Below are positions 1 to 11,955 of a stretch of 61,267 nt of DNA, one piece after another. The stretch's first letter is position 1, and the number at the start of each line of letters is the position of its first letter. This DNA comes from Asterionella formosa (lineage: Eukaryota). The notes under the pieces are model-generated. The model worked only from the letters and a program-made list of their open reading frames with translations. It was not told where the DNA came from and did not search any database. The stretch lies in the NCBI GenBank assembly GCA_002256025.1, contig NKIB01013256.1, positions 1 through 61,267 on the forward strand, written 5' to 3'. Position numbers and translations under genes: made by a program.

Positions 1-124
1 ACTGAAGATGCCATTCTGAAAGAACTGCTTTGTTTGATTGCATATCGAGATTTGTTTCCCATGTAATGTGAAATACCGGCAGTTGAATTAGAAATCAACA
101 TATTTGATTGTACTTTTAAATTAC

Positions 125-440
125 GTACACAAATTTAAAACATTTCGTGAACTATATTATAGAATTACATGAACAAAATTATAAGGCAATGTGAACTAAA
201 TTACAGAATTAAGTGAATTATTTCAAATTATTATGTGAAGTGTTTCAAATAATTTTGTGAAGGTGATCACGTAATATAGTGATGATCAGGAATGCATGCA
301 TGATACTCTGATCAAATAATTAACGTGATGTATTCGGATAATATATAGATATATTCAAGTAAGCATTTTGATGTATTCAACTAATTCATGTGATCAATTC
401 AAAATCAACTAGGCTTATTTATGTGATGGTCACTTCACGT
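125..440. repeat. Degenerate AT-rich minisatellite with 22-bp period
   Basis: GTGAA/ATGAA/GTGAT core starts at 147, 169, 191, 213, 235, 257 and 279 (exact 22-bp spacing). It continues with drift at about 300, 325, 368, 390 and 423. Confidence 0.7.
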
Positions 441-876
441 AATACGCGGCTTAGATGCAAGTGTATTACTCTTACTAAGTCTTTGTATAACAATAGATAG
501 CATGCAAAGAGTAGTTCAGAGTACATTCACTAGCTACATATATGATTTTACTAAGATGAAATGTGAATTGTGCAAAGTCATTCATCCCGCAATTACCACA
601 TTGCATTGATTACCACTGACATATTCAAAAAACGAATTTCTCAAAAGAACGCCCGACTAGAGTTTCGAGATATATTTGGAAAAATGCGACATCTGCACAC
701 CATACAACATGTTGTATAACTTCAAATTAGGTGCGACTAAAAGGGCAATCAATTTTGGTGTTAAAAAGAATTTCTAACTTCTCCGCATTTTTAAAAGCTA
801 AATTGATTTCGTTTCGTCGCTGCAATCAAGAGAAAGTAAATGAGGGGTCGATCGAAAATGATTTCTTTCATTTGTC

Positions 877-959
877 AGCCGATCTTGGCCACATTTAAGA
901 CTATAGCTAATAAATATACTGCGAGCTTAGCTAAGTCTGAAATGTGGCCAAGATTGGCT
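877..959. repeat. Imperfect inverted repeat (about 33-bp arms, hairpin)
   Basis: AGCCGATCTTGGCCACATTTAAGACTATAGCTAA pairs with TTAGCTAAGTCTGAAATGTGGCCAAGATTGGCT, with 2 mismatches and 1 indel. Confidence 0.85.
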
Positions 960-1309
960 TAATGACGAAGAAGTTAAAATCGCGAAATAACAATAATTTT
1001 TTCGGATACAGAGTAAAGTAGCCTTCATGATGAGCCTTATTCAAGCGACAGTAGCTCTGCTGCTAACTAGGATTTTTTCTCCGCTTTTCCACAGTGCTGT
1101 TGACTTGAAAATATATCCACGTTGTGCCAAGGGTATAATATCCTAGAGAAGGAAATCAAAAAGTTGTCTATCATGGAATGCAGCTATTGGAAAACAAGAA
1201 ATCTCGCCAATCAACAGGTTGAAAGCGTCCACTTTGTCCAATAACCAACAAGTGCCTTGTTTATGGAACTTCCACCCCAAGCATGATTTAAGCGCTGCAA
1301 TAGTTACTA

Positions 1310-1720
1310 ATGATATCTACGAAACCAAGAAGAGACTGCTTTCACAATAAAGCTCCCACTACAAGCAAGAACCAATGGCTCGCACGAAATGACCGCAGTG
1401 GCTGTGGTACCGGAAATGTCATCCAAAGCATCAAATGCCATGATTAAACAAGCGCAGAAACAGCAATCACATCTACAAAACCAAGCAAAGACTGCTTTCA
1501 CAAAGCGCCCACTATAAACAACAACAAACAAGCATGCAACCACCATAGTGAAACAGCAATCACATCTACAGCATAAAGAAAGGGACTGTTTCCGCAAAGT
1601 ACCGCCTACAAAAAATAACCAACAAGCACGAAAGCGCCATAGTAGTAGTAGCAGCAATAGAACCGGACACCACTGACAAGTGCCAACAAAAACTAGAATG
1701 ACAATCACATCTATGAAGGC
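1310..1720. repeat. Degenerate direct repeats (3-4 copies of a CAATCACATCTAC...GACTGCTTTCACAA block)
   Basis: Copies start near 1313, 1465, 1557 and 1702. They appear as repeated (W/L)xCRCDC motifs in the minus-strand shadow ORFs. Confidence 0.65.
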
Positions 1721-2215
1721 GTATGAAAATACATTGTAGCATGATATTATGTTTCATTGTTACTTCAATGGCGATTTTATTTGATTGATTTTCGAATAGA
1801 AGAATGCAACTTAATTACTTCTTGGAGTAGCAAATTTACCATCATATTGCCTTGTATACCATGATCAGTGAAAAATACAGGTCCCAGTATAATGTCGCTA
1901 TTTTTGAAGAGGCAAACACACCTGTTGACTCTTATAGTATTTCATGGTCTCCAATGAATCCAAATAGACAGGCCTGATGCATCCAAAGGTTGTTTTTAAA
2001 CAAAAGCGTCGCCCTTGTAGAATCTGGAACATCCGTCGTCCGTCCGCCTCCCCCTATCATAATACCGGTATTTTGAAGCATTTCTCCCAAAGCTCTATAA
2101 AAAAAATCGCTACCGGGGTATACCAGTTAGTAACATCCGCATGTTCTCCTCCTCTTCCTCTTGTTCTTGCGTCTAACACTTCAGTTCACACAATTCAGTT
2201 GACTTATTATAAAAA

Positions 2216-2854
2216 ATGAATCAAGAACTCGCGTTATTGTTCGACGCTGAGGAAAGTGAATTCATTGATGGACGGTTTGTGTTCGACTCGCTGCCTTACG
2301 TTGACACCGTTCACGAGGACTACGAAGGCTATGCCCTCGCACTTATCGAAGAAGAGATGGAATCCATTCAACCTCCGAAAATCCGTAAGCTTGCTCCCAT
2401 TCAATATCGATCGGATTTAATGCGAACGGAAATGGACAATTTAGCGAAGACACCAGATCGGCCAAAATTGACTTTTGAACCCAAAGCTGCGGAGTCTCCA
2501 TCGATCGAGTCCGTGGAGGAATGGAGAAAGGTAGTGGCAGCTGAAAGGACAAAATTTGAAACTGAGAGACAACGTAGTATTATTTTGGAAATCGAAAATT
2601 CAGATGTATCGGCGCAGCAATGGAAGCACTATACAAGCATGGTTCTGGAGACGATTCAGGAGGTCACACTAGATCAACTGGGAAAACAAAGGCGTCGTGT
2701 GGACGAAATAAACGCGGAGCGACAGCAGCAACAGCAAAAAGTGGGGCACACCCTTTCAATTCTCACGAACCAATGGCATCAGCTTGTTCAAAAAAAGTTT
2801 AAGCTTGAGACTGCTATACGAGGTTTGGAGGCAGACGTCCATCCTAGCACCTAG
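2216..2854 (+). CDS. BCAS2: Pre-mRNA splicing factor SPF27 / BCAS2 family
   Basis: 212 aa. N-terminal DSLPYVD...ALIEEEM motif and a C-terminal coiled coil with INAERQQQQ and the LxxLxxxW pattern. Confidence 0.88.
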   Translation: MNQELALLFDAEESEFIDGRFVFDSLPYVDTVHEDYEGYALALIEEEMESIQPPKIRKLAPIQYRSDLMRTEMDNLAKTPDRPKLTFEPKAAESPSIESVEEWRKVVAAERTKFETERQRSIILEIENSDVSAQQWKHYTSMVLETIQEVTLDQLGKQRRRVDEINAERQQQQQKVGHTLSILTNQWHQLVQKKFKLETAIRGLEADVHPST

Positions 2855-3358
2855 GATGGCTAATTTAGCAAAATCTGAACTCGTCTATCAGCAGTGTTAT
2901 TTATGTCCGCTTTCCTATTGTATTTATTGGCATAGATTCAAAAAGGCACGATTCTTTTGTTTCCCGAATGGCTGCCTCTATAACATAGAAGCCACATTAG
3001 TTGCATGCCTGCTGACTTTTCATTTATCGATCCTCTTAACTTATCAAACTCATTTTTCCATCTGTGACTCATGAAGACTCTTACCAGGTACCGTGTGCAA
3101 GGTAATGCTATAGTAGCTATAGTCGTGTAAGGTGAGGAATCTTTTCAGTGACCCTTGCCGTAGTTAAAACAAGAATTTGCAGTTTTGTTTCAACAAGGCG
3201 GTGGAAGGTGCGAAAGGCAGAACCAACGCATAAGGAAAGACAGCACGCAGCTTCAAATTGGCTGAGCGAAGAAATGCCGGTATTATTTTAATCCATGTAT
3301 TGATCCAATTTTAAATTTCAAAGATTATATTTGCAAAACTTACTCTCGACATCACCAA

Positions 3359-3430
3359 GGGGGCGTAGCTCAGTGGCAGAGTGTCTGCTTTGCATGCAGA
3401 ATGCCGGGGGTTCGATTCCCTCCGCCTCCA
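3359..3430 (+). tRNA. tRNA-Ala(UGC)
   Basis: Cloverleaf: GGGGGCG/CGCCTCC acceptor stem with the G3:U70 Ala identity pair, GCTC/GAGT D-arm, TCTGC-TTTGCAT-GCAGA anticodon arm, GGGGG-TTCGATT-CCCTC T-arm and discriminator A. A T-run follows at about 3435-3443. Confidence 0.97.
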
Positions 3431-3470
3431 GCAGTTTCTTTTTGCATGTTTACCGGTAGATGCCACTCAA

Positions 3471-3572
3471 AACTCTGACTATTTTTTCTTTGGCATGAAT
3501 GATTGGACATCATTCATAACTCTTACAGCTATTTCTTTTGCATGAATGTTGGATATCATTCATAACTCTGAC
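3471..3572. repeat. About 47-bp tandem duplication, each unit containing a hairpin
   Basis: AACTCT units start at 3471, 3518 and 3564. Internal palindromes are ATGAATGAT-TGGAC-ATCATTCAT and ATGAATG-TTGGATAT-CATTCAT. Confidence 0.8.
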
Positions 3573-4838
3573 ATTTTTGTAACCTGCTTGCTTCCTACCG
3601 GTGTGTAAATCAGTGAAGTCTAAGGATTCCCCATAGACTACATAGAAAGTGTTCATAGTTCATAAATTAAAAATATATTTTGCACTACAGTACTTAAAGT
3701 TTCTGGTTCTGTAAACATAAAATTGCCATGGATGCTACCTGGTACTGTAAATGGATATAATCATCGCTTTTTATACTTATGTACTCGTTCTCCGAATTTC
3801 AGGGTGGTTACCAGTTACCTAACTCTCGACCTCTCATGTTCGACATGCAGATGCGAACCTTATAAACAACCCTAGCGATATTTTCTCCGAACTAGGGTTA
3901 AGGCGGGGCCGCAACCTTAAGGCTGTATTTGTAATGCCAGTCAGAATGGAAGTACATAGAGATACCAGAGCTATTTTGGTTACTAAGTATTCTGGATGCT
4001 CTCACGAGCTAGGGAAAGGCGTAGCTCAATGCAGATCATGAGTTACAAGTAAATTACATTCCTTAGACGAATCGAAATTTTGTGTGCACGACAGGTTTAA
4101 GCTGTGTGATATGTGGCACATTTGGGGAATAATGCTCTCTGTGCTTTGCTAGTGAAATCTCGGCAAACTCGTCATATCAAACACTCTTCTCACAGCGAAC
4201 TTGCTAGTTCGCCCACAATTTCGGTTCATGTAGATAAGTATAAAACAATATTTGACACATAACCTGGGATGGTGGACATTAACTATGTTCAGTTTGCCAG
4301 GCAATTCATTTTCTGGGCCATACATTTCTAATCTATCACCAAGACCACATTATGTTTTGTCGTCTCGCCTTCTCGTGATTTTCTCCCACAAGGGACGAAA
4401 TGTGAGATCGCCATCCATTGCTCCCCTCCTTTTCTAAACGTCAAAAATATATGAATTCAACGAGAGTATTCGGGGAGACGGTTCATTATTCACCACCTTT
4501 TACCCATGCGGCATCCTCGTATCTTGATATACTTGCGCCAAATTCATTCTAAGACTCTTGAAAGGGAAACCTGCAATCAAATACGAAACGGCGAGCATAA
4601 CTTTGTAAATGGCCCGCTGCCCGTGGAATATCTTAAGGGACCGGCAAGCCATCATCTTCATTCAATCAGGCCAAGAGTTTGATGGGACTCTCGCAAAGAA
4701 TACTTGTAGTACATTCATGTGATACATGTACAATCATACGAATAGAAAATGGATAAGCAAATCTTTGAAATTCACAAGTGACACCGAGAACTCAATATTG
4801 CGAGCCGCGCAGGTAAAAGTGCGTTAGACGTGGTGTAA

Positions 4839-7059
4839 CTAAAGTGTTGAAGTAGATCCAGAAAAACCATGTCCATGGATAAGGTTCAGGAACCAGGATG
4901 AAAGAATCTCAAACGAGACAGAGACTGACTCAACTACCTTGGAGGCATGAATGCTTGCTGATTTGGAGGCTTTATCTAGAGTCGCCCCCACTCCGCTGGA
5001 AAAAGAGTCGAAAAGAACCACAAATTTGGAACGGGTTACCAACATTTCTCCACTCGCATGGCACCACGCCGAGAAAATTGAAGACGAAAGGAATGCGAAT
5101 GCAATACTCGCAGAGTCACTGGCAGAGTTGAACAACGAAGCCAACCTTGTTGTACAAATCGTGAAACAAACCGAAGCCCTTCCTGTTACATTCGATATCA
5201 ACATCTCAGTATAAATCCAAGAAGGCATGACGACGGATGCCATTGCCGGAAGGAATCCACGAAGTGCCGAGCTGATGCCTGCGGCGACGTTCGATATGCT
5301 AATGAATAGCAATGATACCGTTCTTTCAGTTGATTGCGAAACCACTGTGCTCCATCTTGAAACAAGTGTTATCGTGAATTGGGACAGTCCCGATATCCAC
5401 GAGGCAAAATCAATCGTTCCGGTTACCACAACTGTAACAACAGTTGTTATAGTTACCCACATTCCCTTCGCCGCCTTTCCAATCACTGATTCCGAAATGG
5501 CAGCGAAAATGGTTCTCACAGCAGCCAAGGTCAAGGTGGAAACTGTCAGCGTCACCCTTCGGCTCAAGTCCAATGGTATTTTCAAGACTTTCAAAATAAC
5601 AGTGGATAAAGCAGTTATTAAGGATCCTCCAGCATGTGCAATACTTCTCAATACACTTCTGGCTGCATTTTGAATCAACAGGAAAGGAAACGAAAACCCT
5701 TCTTTGGCCGCAGAATGCATATTTCCACCAACTGTGGTCATGGCTCTATCGACTATTTCCATTTCTTTTTCGGACGCTCTAGAATTAACAAGTGCCATAA
5801 CCCCAATCATGATGAGTCCAACGCCCATTGCATATAGAACTGAATCAAATGGCGCATGTGAGAGCATGAGGGGAATTGGCGGCCAAATGTACAAGTAAAA
5901 TAGCGCTTTGAAACTTACATGCAGAGAGCCCTGGTTTAACAGCATATGTTACTGTATTTCGTATCGCTTCCCCTGTGGATCGCTGAATACCTTCGTCTCC
6001 CACCAGTTTTGTGGCGAATTCCATCGAATGGCTAAGAATCTCCTTGTCGTTCAATGCGTTGTGTGCACTTTCTGTCAAGAGATCCTGCGTTGCATCCAAC
6101 ACTCGCTGTTCACTCCCCAGACTTACCAAAAGTTTGGTCAGCTCCTCATATACTTTTTTGTCTTGGATAAGTGCAAGAACCAGTTTTTGCACGCTCGCTT
6201 GTATTTGTTCATTTTCAATTGCCTTTTGCAGTAACTTGATGATTCCGGCAAGCGTCTCAGGGTCAGCCACTAAATCTCCCCATAGCGCCATTACTAGTTT
6301 TTGAGCAGCGTCTTGAAATCGCTTCGACTCCAACACACGAGCCAGCAAGTCTGCCAACGTGTCTGCGACCTCTTGCGTACTCAATACATTCTTGATGAAT
6401 TTGGAAACCTTTTCTGTCAGGTTGGCTTGTCCCGACGCAAGAGCCCCATCTTCCAGATGCTCCTCCTTGACAATATCTCTCCAAACATGCGCCAAGTGTT
6501 CTTCTAACTCCTCCAACGCATCGTCGTCATAGGTAGACCTAGATACCTTCATAAACGGAAGGCCAAAGTAGGCAGCCGTACCCACGAGCACCGCTCCACC
6601 CACGGCTAACGGGATTGGTCCAATGTTCTGATAAAACGGATGGTCAGCGTTATCATTTTTCTTCTCTTTTATAGGACCTCGGTTGATATAGCTCATGTGC
6701 CGTTGTTGGTGTGATACCATCGTCGACAGAGTGGGGTGAAGATTCCAACAAAGATTCGTCACAGGCGCATAATTACAGCTCTTCCCAAACGACCTTATGC
6801 ACCTCGTATAGGAAGCCCCACTTGCGCTTACAGGTACTCGTAGATGCATTCGTTGGTTATTGTTCCTGTGGTGGTCAACAAATTGTCGTAATGCCAATGT
6901 ACTCGATGCTGGTCGAGAGTGTGACGACGATGAGCGCAGCAGCGATCGAACAAGTAATGGCGCAACTGAAATGTGCTCGTGGCATTTCATCGTATGCATA
7001 ATACCGGTACCACGTTGACCTGTTTTTCGAAAGGTCTGAATCAATGAAGATTGCAGCAT
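4839..7059 (-). CDS. Hypothetical membrane protein (about 713 aa, 2 exons), possibly mitochondrial
   Basis: A 79-nt GTAAGT...TTCAG intron at 5918-5840 joins ORFs 5845..7059 and 4839..5945 in frame. The protein has an Arg/Ser-rich N-terminus, a TM segment PIPLAVGGAVLVGTAAYFGL, a helical acidic domain, a second TM and an S/T/V-rich tail. The exact start codon is uncertain. Confidence 0.7.
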
Positions 7060-8189
7060 GATGGCGTGGTTGTTGTTAGCATATTACCTGGTACCGGTAG
7101 TAACTTGGTATGATGTATTAAAATAAATGTTTTCGTTTGTAAAAGGATGACAAAGGACTACAGCCTCATGATTGTTAGAGTTTATCCGTGTATGATATGT
7201 GAGCATACTACGATGCCTGGTAGGAGTAGTACCAGGTACCTGGTCTTGTACGCACAAGATCGATAGGATCCAACATGTTTGGACGATGTGGCTATTAAAT
7301 TCACAAAGGAATGTGATGATTTCTCTGCTTGCTTGATCATGGTCGTGTAACAAAGTCTGTGCATTTCTTGTTGCAATTATTGTTACCTTGCTTGTTGGTA
7401 CCAGGTCCCCGGTTGTCTACGTAGTCAATGGGTGGTGGCTTTCCTGTGCTAGATACCCAACAAGTGCTTGTAGTACCTTTAGCGTCTATTACTTTTCTAT
7501 GCTAGCCTTCCTGCTAGATAAACTAATTGACCTTCCCATCAATCAACACACTGTTTCCTCAATAGTTCATTCTAAAATTATAAGCTTAACTAAATCTTTC
7601 CTTTGTTTCCATGCATCTTTGCTTCCCAGCACAAAGTCATGCCAAGACTCTCTTCGAATTTTCACTTAATATTTCCATAAAAGTCATCAATCTTTGATCT
7701 TGGTATAGCCAGCTGATTGGCATGCATTGCATGATTCGACTCATTGGAGTACAATCGAGTTCACAATCTCATGAATCAAACTATTATTCTTGACATCCTC
7801 CCCAGCCATGCATGATTGCCAAGTTCAAGAAGCTCTAACATGCATTGTTCTGCCCAAAACTGGTTCAGACAATCTGGTATGAATCTGTTCCTTGACATTC
7901 TTGGTCATAATATCCACAAGGCTGTTTTACGACCTGATAAAAATGACCTTCAATTCTACATCCTCAATCATATCCTTCATGCCAGCATCATTTGGATGGA
8001 TGTGGACCCAGAAAAGCAAGGTGCATGGAATCCAGTGAACTATTTGATGTTACTAGTAAGAGAGGAGCAATGATAGCAGGAAGCATAATGAAGATTGCTT
8101 ACATTGCTCTCAAGGCAATATTCATATCAAAGATTTACTGAAGTTGAATTGGTATCATCCATGATGTTATCAACCACTGTGGCAGAGCA

Positions 8190-9290
8190 CACATTTTACA
8201 ATCATCATGTTAACAGAAAGTCGGTTGAATGCATCGATTCTGTGGTTTCATGGGAAATTGAATCATGCCGGTCCACATAGTTTGATTTTAATAATGTCAA
8301 GAATTCTATAACGCCCTCCTCAGCACTCAGCTGCGCAAAAAAGATCGAAAACTAAAAGTGCAAAATTGCAAAATTGCAAAACTTACAGAAATACAAACTT
8401 CAGGTTCGTGGATATAGACATTGATCACCTAGAGAAGTGTTAGTTGTAGTGAGTTATGAAGTGGTGATGATTGACACAATTGGACCTTGGGAACAAGTTG
8501 AACTGGCCAACAGTGAGACACACATATTCCATGTTTTTACAATAAATGACACTGCAAACAACTCGGTAGAGATTCAATGAGTGGAAACAACAAGTGAAAA
8601 AGATGCAGAAAAAGGCGTTTGAAATGAATTACTTACTTGAGTATCCTAGACGAGTGGGCCTGAGAGTCATCAATGATCAAGGAACAGAATTCATGGGAGA
8701 CAATTTCCAAGCACTTTTACGCCAATGGGGCATCAGGAATGCACGAATTAGTTTGAGGAACCTGCAATCAAATGTAGTTTGTGAAAGGATGCAGTGGTAG
8801 TAGGTAACATTTTGTGAACCTCGATTCATATTTGTAACCATCTACAAAATGTACAAAACATGGAACATGTGATCGATTATGCTTTGCAAATGGAAATATA
8901 TGCACTATAAACTTAAGTGAGGAGAACAACAGAAGTTTCTTCAGGAGCAACTGGTTTGTGGATTTACCTTTTATTGCAGATTTACTACCGCTGCAAAATA
9001 AATGGCTGGCAGGCTTTGATTGATTACAATTTAAATTGAGAGAACTTCAAGTGATTGAGTTTTTACAAAGCAAGAAAGGAAGTCTTGGAACTCATGCCAA
9101 ATCCAAAAAAGTTGGAAAAGTAACTTGTAATACATTCATGATTGAAAAATTGCATTGCAATGGAGCAATTACTATTTGCAGTGATCCTAATGTGGTGGAT
9201 CATATTAATATCTGGAACATCTGGCCAGTCAAACAAGTCATGGGGAATCACAAACAGGTGAAACTGAACCTCTAGTATGGAGTATGTAGG
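8190..9290 (+). mobile_element. Degenerate Ty3/gypsy LTR-retrotransposon integrase relic
   Basis: Fragments across frames: CxxC..KYKLQVRGY, VMIDTIGPW, INDQGTEFMG..F..LL..WGI....S..N.QSN.VCERM (rve core) and a C-terminal NGAITI...DHINIWNIWP. Many stops and frameshifts. Confidence 0.8.
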
Positions 9291-9801
9291 TCGCCCACAA
9301 TGGGGAACCAATGCAGGTTGTCTTGTTCTTCAAAACAAATTCTATGCCAAATATGATTCTATTCACAAGAGAAGGTTGATTATGATTCTAGCCCCATTTC
9401 CAATTGCCTCACCAGAAGAGAAGAGTGCAAGATTCCAGTGACTGCTGCGACTGATTTGAATCATAGATCATTAGCCCTTATAATGTTCCTTTCCAAAGGT
9501 TCCTCAGAAATTGAAAAATTTAGAAAATTTCCTGAATGCGATTTCCTGACCAGTAAGCAAGGGCCTTACCAGTAGTATCAAGGTTCACCTGGTGGTTCCC
9601 TCTGTCTCAATTAACTGAGAGCTTCTCATTATTTCTGTTATTTTTCACTGGTATATATTATAGACTAAATTTATTACCTCATTATATATAGGGTTGTGAA
9701 AAAACCGAACACGTGACAAAATGTTCAAACGACTACCCGTAGCGTACATACACTGGTATGTCCATCTGCATTTTTATCAGAATTAGATCCTTGACAGAAA
9801 C

Positions 9802-11903
9802 ATGAGCGAATCTGAAGGTGCCCCTTGGTTTGTCTGGCTTGGCTTATTCTTCATCACCTGCGTGAGTTTCTGGTGCCAAGCAACTGTGACAGAAGAGCGA
9901 TTTGTTCCGGCTCTCAATGTGATTGCCAACAAATTCAATATTCCTGACGATGTTGCAGGTGCTACATTAATGGCTGCTGGAGCCTCGTCACCCGAGCTAT
10001 TTTCTTCCTTTGTCTCGTTGTTCATTACTCATTCGTCCTTGGGTTTGGGTACAATTGTGGGATCTGAAATTTTCAACCAGCTAATTATTTGTGCTGGTGC
10101 AATTTGGGCAGGTAAATTGACCTCATTGACGATATATATGTGTATTTTTTACACTGAAGGCTTGCTACATGATTACTCACAACCTGATGATATACTAGCC
10201 AAGAGTGGGGAGTTGCAATTGGATCGTGCTATTGTCATTCGTGAGGTCGGATTTTATGCACTCTCGATTGGGTTGCTCATGTATGCACTCCATGATCGTG
10301 AGTCGGTGGATGACGATGAAGTTGGAAATGATCATATCTTTATAAGTTTCTTAGATGCATGTGTATTGTTTGGTGCCTATATTGCTTATGTGTTGGTATG
10401 TGCAAATTTTCCGGCCATATGTGCCATGATAAGCAGATCAGAACGATCGACAAGAAGTAAGGTATGATTCAACCAAAAATGAACAGAATGTTTTTGTGCA
10501 CATCTTTAAATTGACCAATAATCATCCCCCTCAAATTTTCTCTCCCACTACAGCGCGCTTCGTTGAATGTTCCTGGCATGCCATTTCTAACAGTACACGA
10601 GCAAACCGACGAGCCGGCTGAAAACTTTCTCCATAAAGAACTTTGCACTTATTTCGTTGAGGTCGGAGGAGGGCCTCAAACTTTAGAAGGCAATACCATC
10701 GATGAAACCTCGAGTCTCTTGGGATCATCTAGCGTCCCGGAAACGCACCGAGCCAGTGCTCTTGAAAATTCCTTGCGAAATACGATTGGTTTTTTTTCGG
10801 ATGGGGCGTCCGCTCGAAGGTTTAACTTCTTGATCGATACGGAGAAGCCTAGTGATCAACACGAAATTCATGATTTAGAAATCAACACCTTCGAGGAAAC
10901 CCTTTCCTGTTTCATGTGGCAACGGTCCTATTTCTATGACAAGGCCAAGTTCGGCACACATGGTTGGTATTTGAGATGGTTCACTTTTACGCGTAATAGT
11001 ATCTACTCCGTCGCTGACCGCGCCAACTTCGAAAAGCACAAGATCCACTATCCTAATTTTGCGGAAGTTGAAATGGACGAATCCCGCCTTATCATCAAAG
11101 TCAAAAACCCGCTCGAAGGTAGACATGACTTTTTATTCATGGTACCCTCCAAGGAGATATTTGATGCTGTCGTCAGGAAGTGCGAAAGAATTGTTGAATT
11201 GCTTGAAGACGAAGCACAGAAACACGGAAAGGCCGTTGCTGAAGTTGATCCTGACGATGAGGATGATCCCGAAAGTCACGGCTCCCTAATCGAATTCCCT
11301 ACTGGTGGTTCCAATTTTGAAGTTATCTGTCATATAGTCCTCTTTCCAATCAAGCTTCTCATGCATTGCACCGTTCCTGATGTTCGCAGCTTGGATGAGC
11401 GCGGTATACCAACTGCAGGTCTTGGACTGTCGTTTTTTGCATCGTTCTCGTGTCTTTGCTGGTTGATTGTCGGAAGTTACGCAATGGTTGCTTCTTTAGA
11501 AAAGCTGGCTGACTTGATGAATATACCGGATGCCGTCATCGGAGTCACAGTTTCTGCGGCTGGGACCTCGCTTCCAAACTACATCGCATCCAAGATTGCT
11601 GCTGAAAAGGGTTTCGGCAACATGGCTGTATCAAACGCCTTTGGATCTAACACATTTAATATATTGGTTGGTCTTGGATTGCCTTGGTTCCTCTACACTT
11701 CTCTTGCAACCAATTTTGAGCCTTATCACGGACTGCGTGATGACGGTATTTTGGAGTCTGTCACCCTTCTGTCAATTGTATTGTTGATCTTTGTTGTACT
11801 TCTCCTCAAATCAGGATTTAAGCTTTACAAGTGGCATGCAAACCTCTTCGTCGTACTGTACGTCGCGTATCTATTGGTAGCAATTATACCAGTATATATA
11901 TAA
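9802..11903 (+). CDS. K+-dependent Na+/Ca2+ exchanger (CaCA/NCKX family), 3 exons
   Basis: Alpha-1 repeat DVAGATLMAAGASSPELF...GTIVGSEIFN and alpha-2 repeat GVTVSAAGTSLPN...AVSNAFGSNTFNILVGLGLPW. GT-AG introns at 10112-10198 and 10462-10553 give a continuous frame. Confidence 0.92.
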
Positions 11904-11955
11904 ATTGGAATCACTAAATCTTTTCTTTTAAGAAAATTTAGCATAAGTGGCTGCT

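Noticed and set aside
1307..1708. Cys-rich hydrophobic 133-aa minus-strand ORF
   Set aside because: It has a non-ATG start, and its composition follows from the CA-rich repeats on the plus strand.
3868..3899. AACCCTAG...CTAGGGTT inverted repeat, and telomere-like CCCTAACCCTAAA at about 28743
   Set aside because: Only 8-bp arms or two telomere-like units, which is expected by chance.
4018..4035. GGCGTAGCTCAATGCAGA, resembling the 5' part of the tRNA-Ala
   Set aside because: There is no B-box or stems downstream; the match is too short to call a tRNA or SINE.
4898..5898. Plus-strand ORFs of 64-148 aa
   Set aside because: They are antisense shadows of the spliced minus-strand gene and have no independent motifs.
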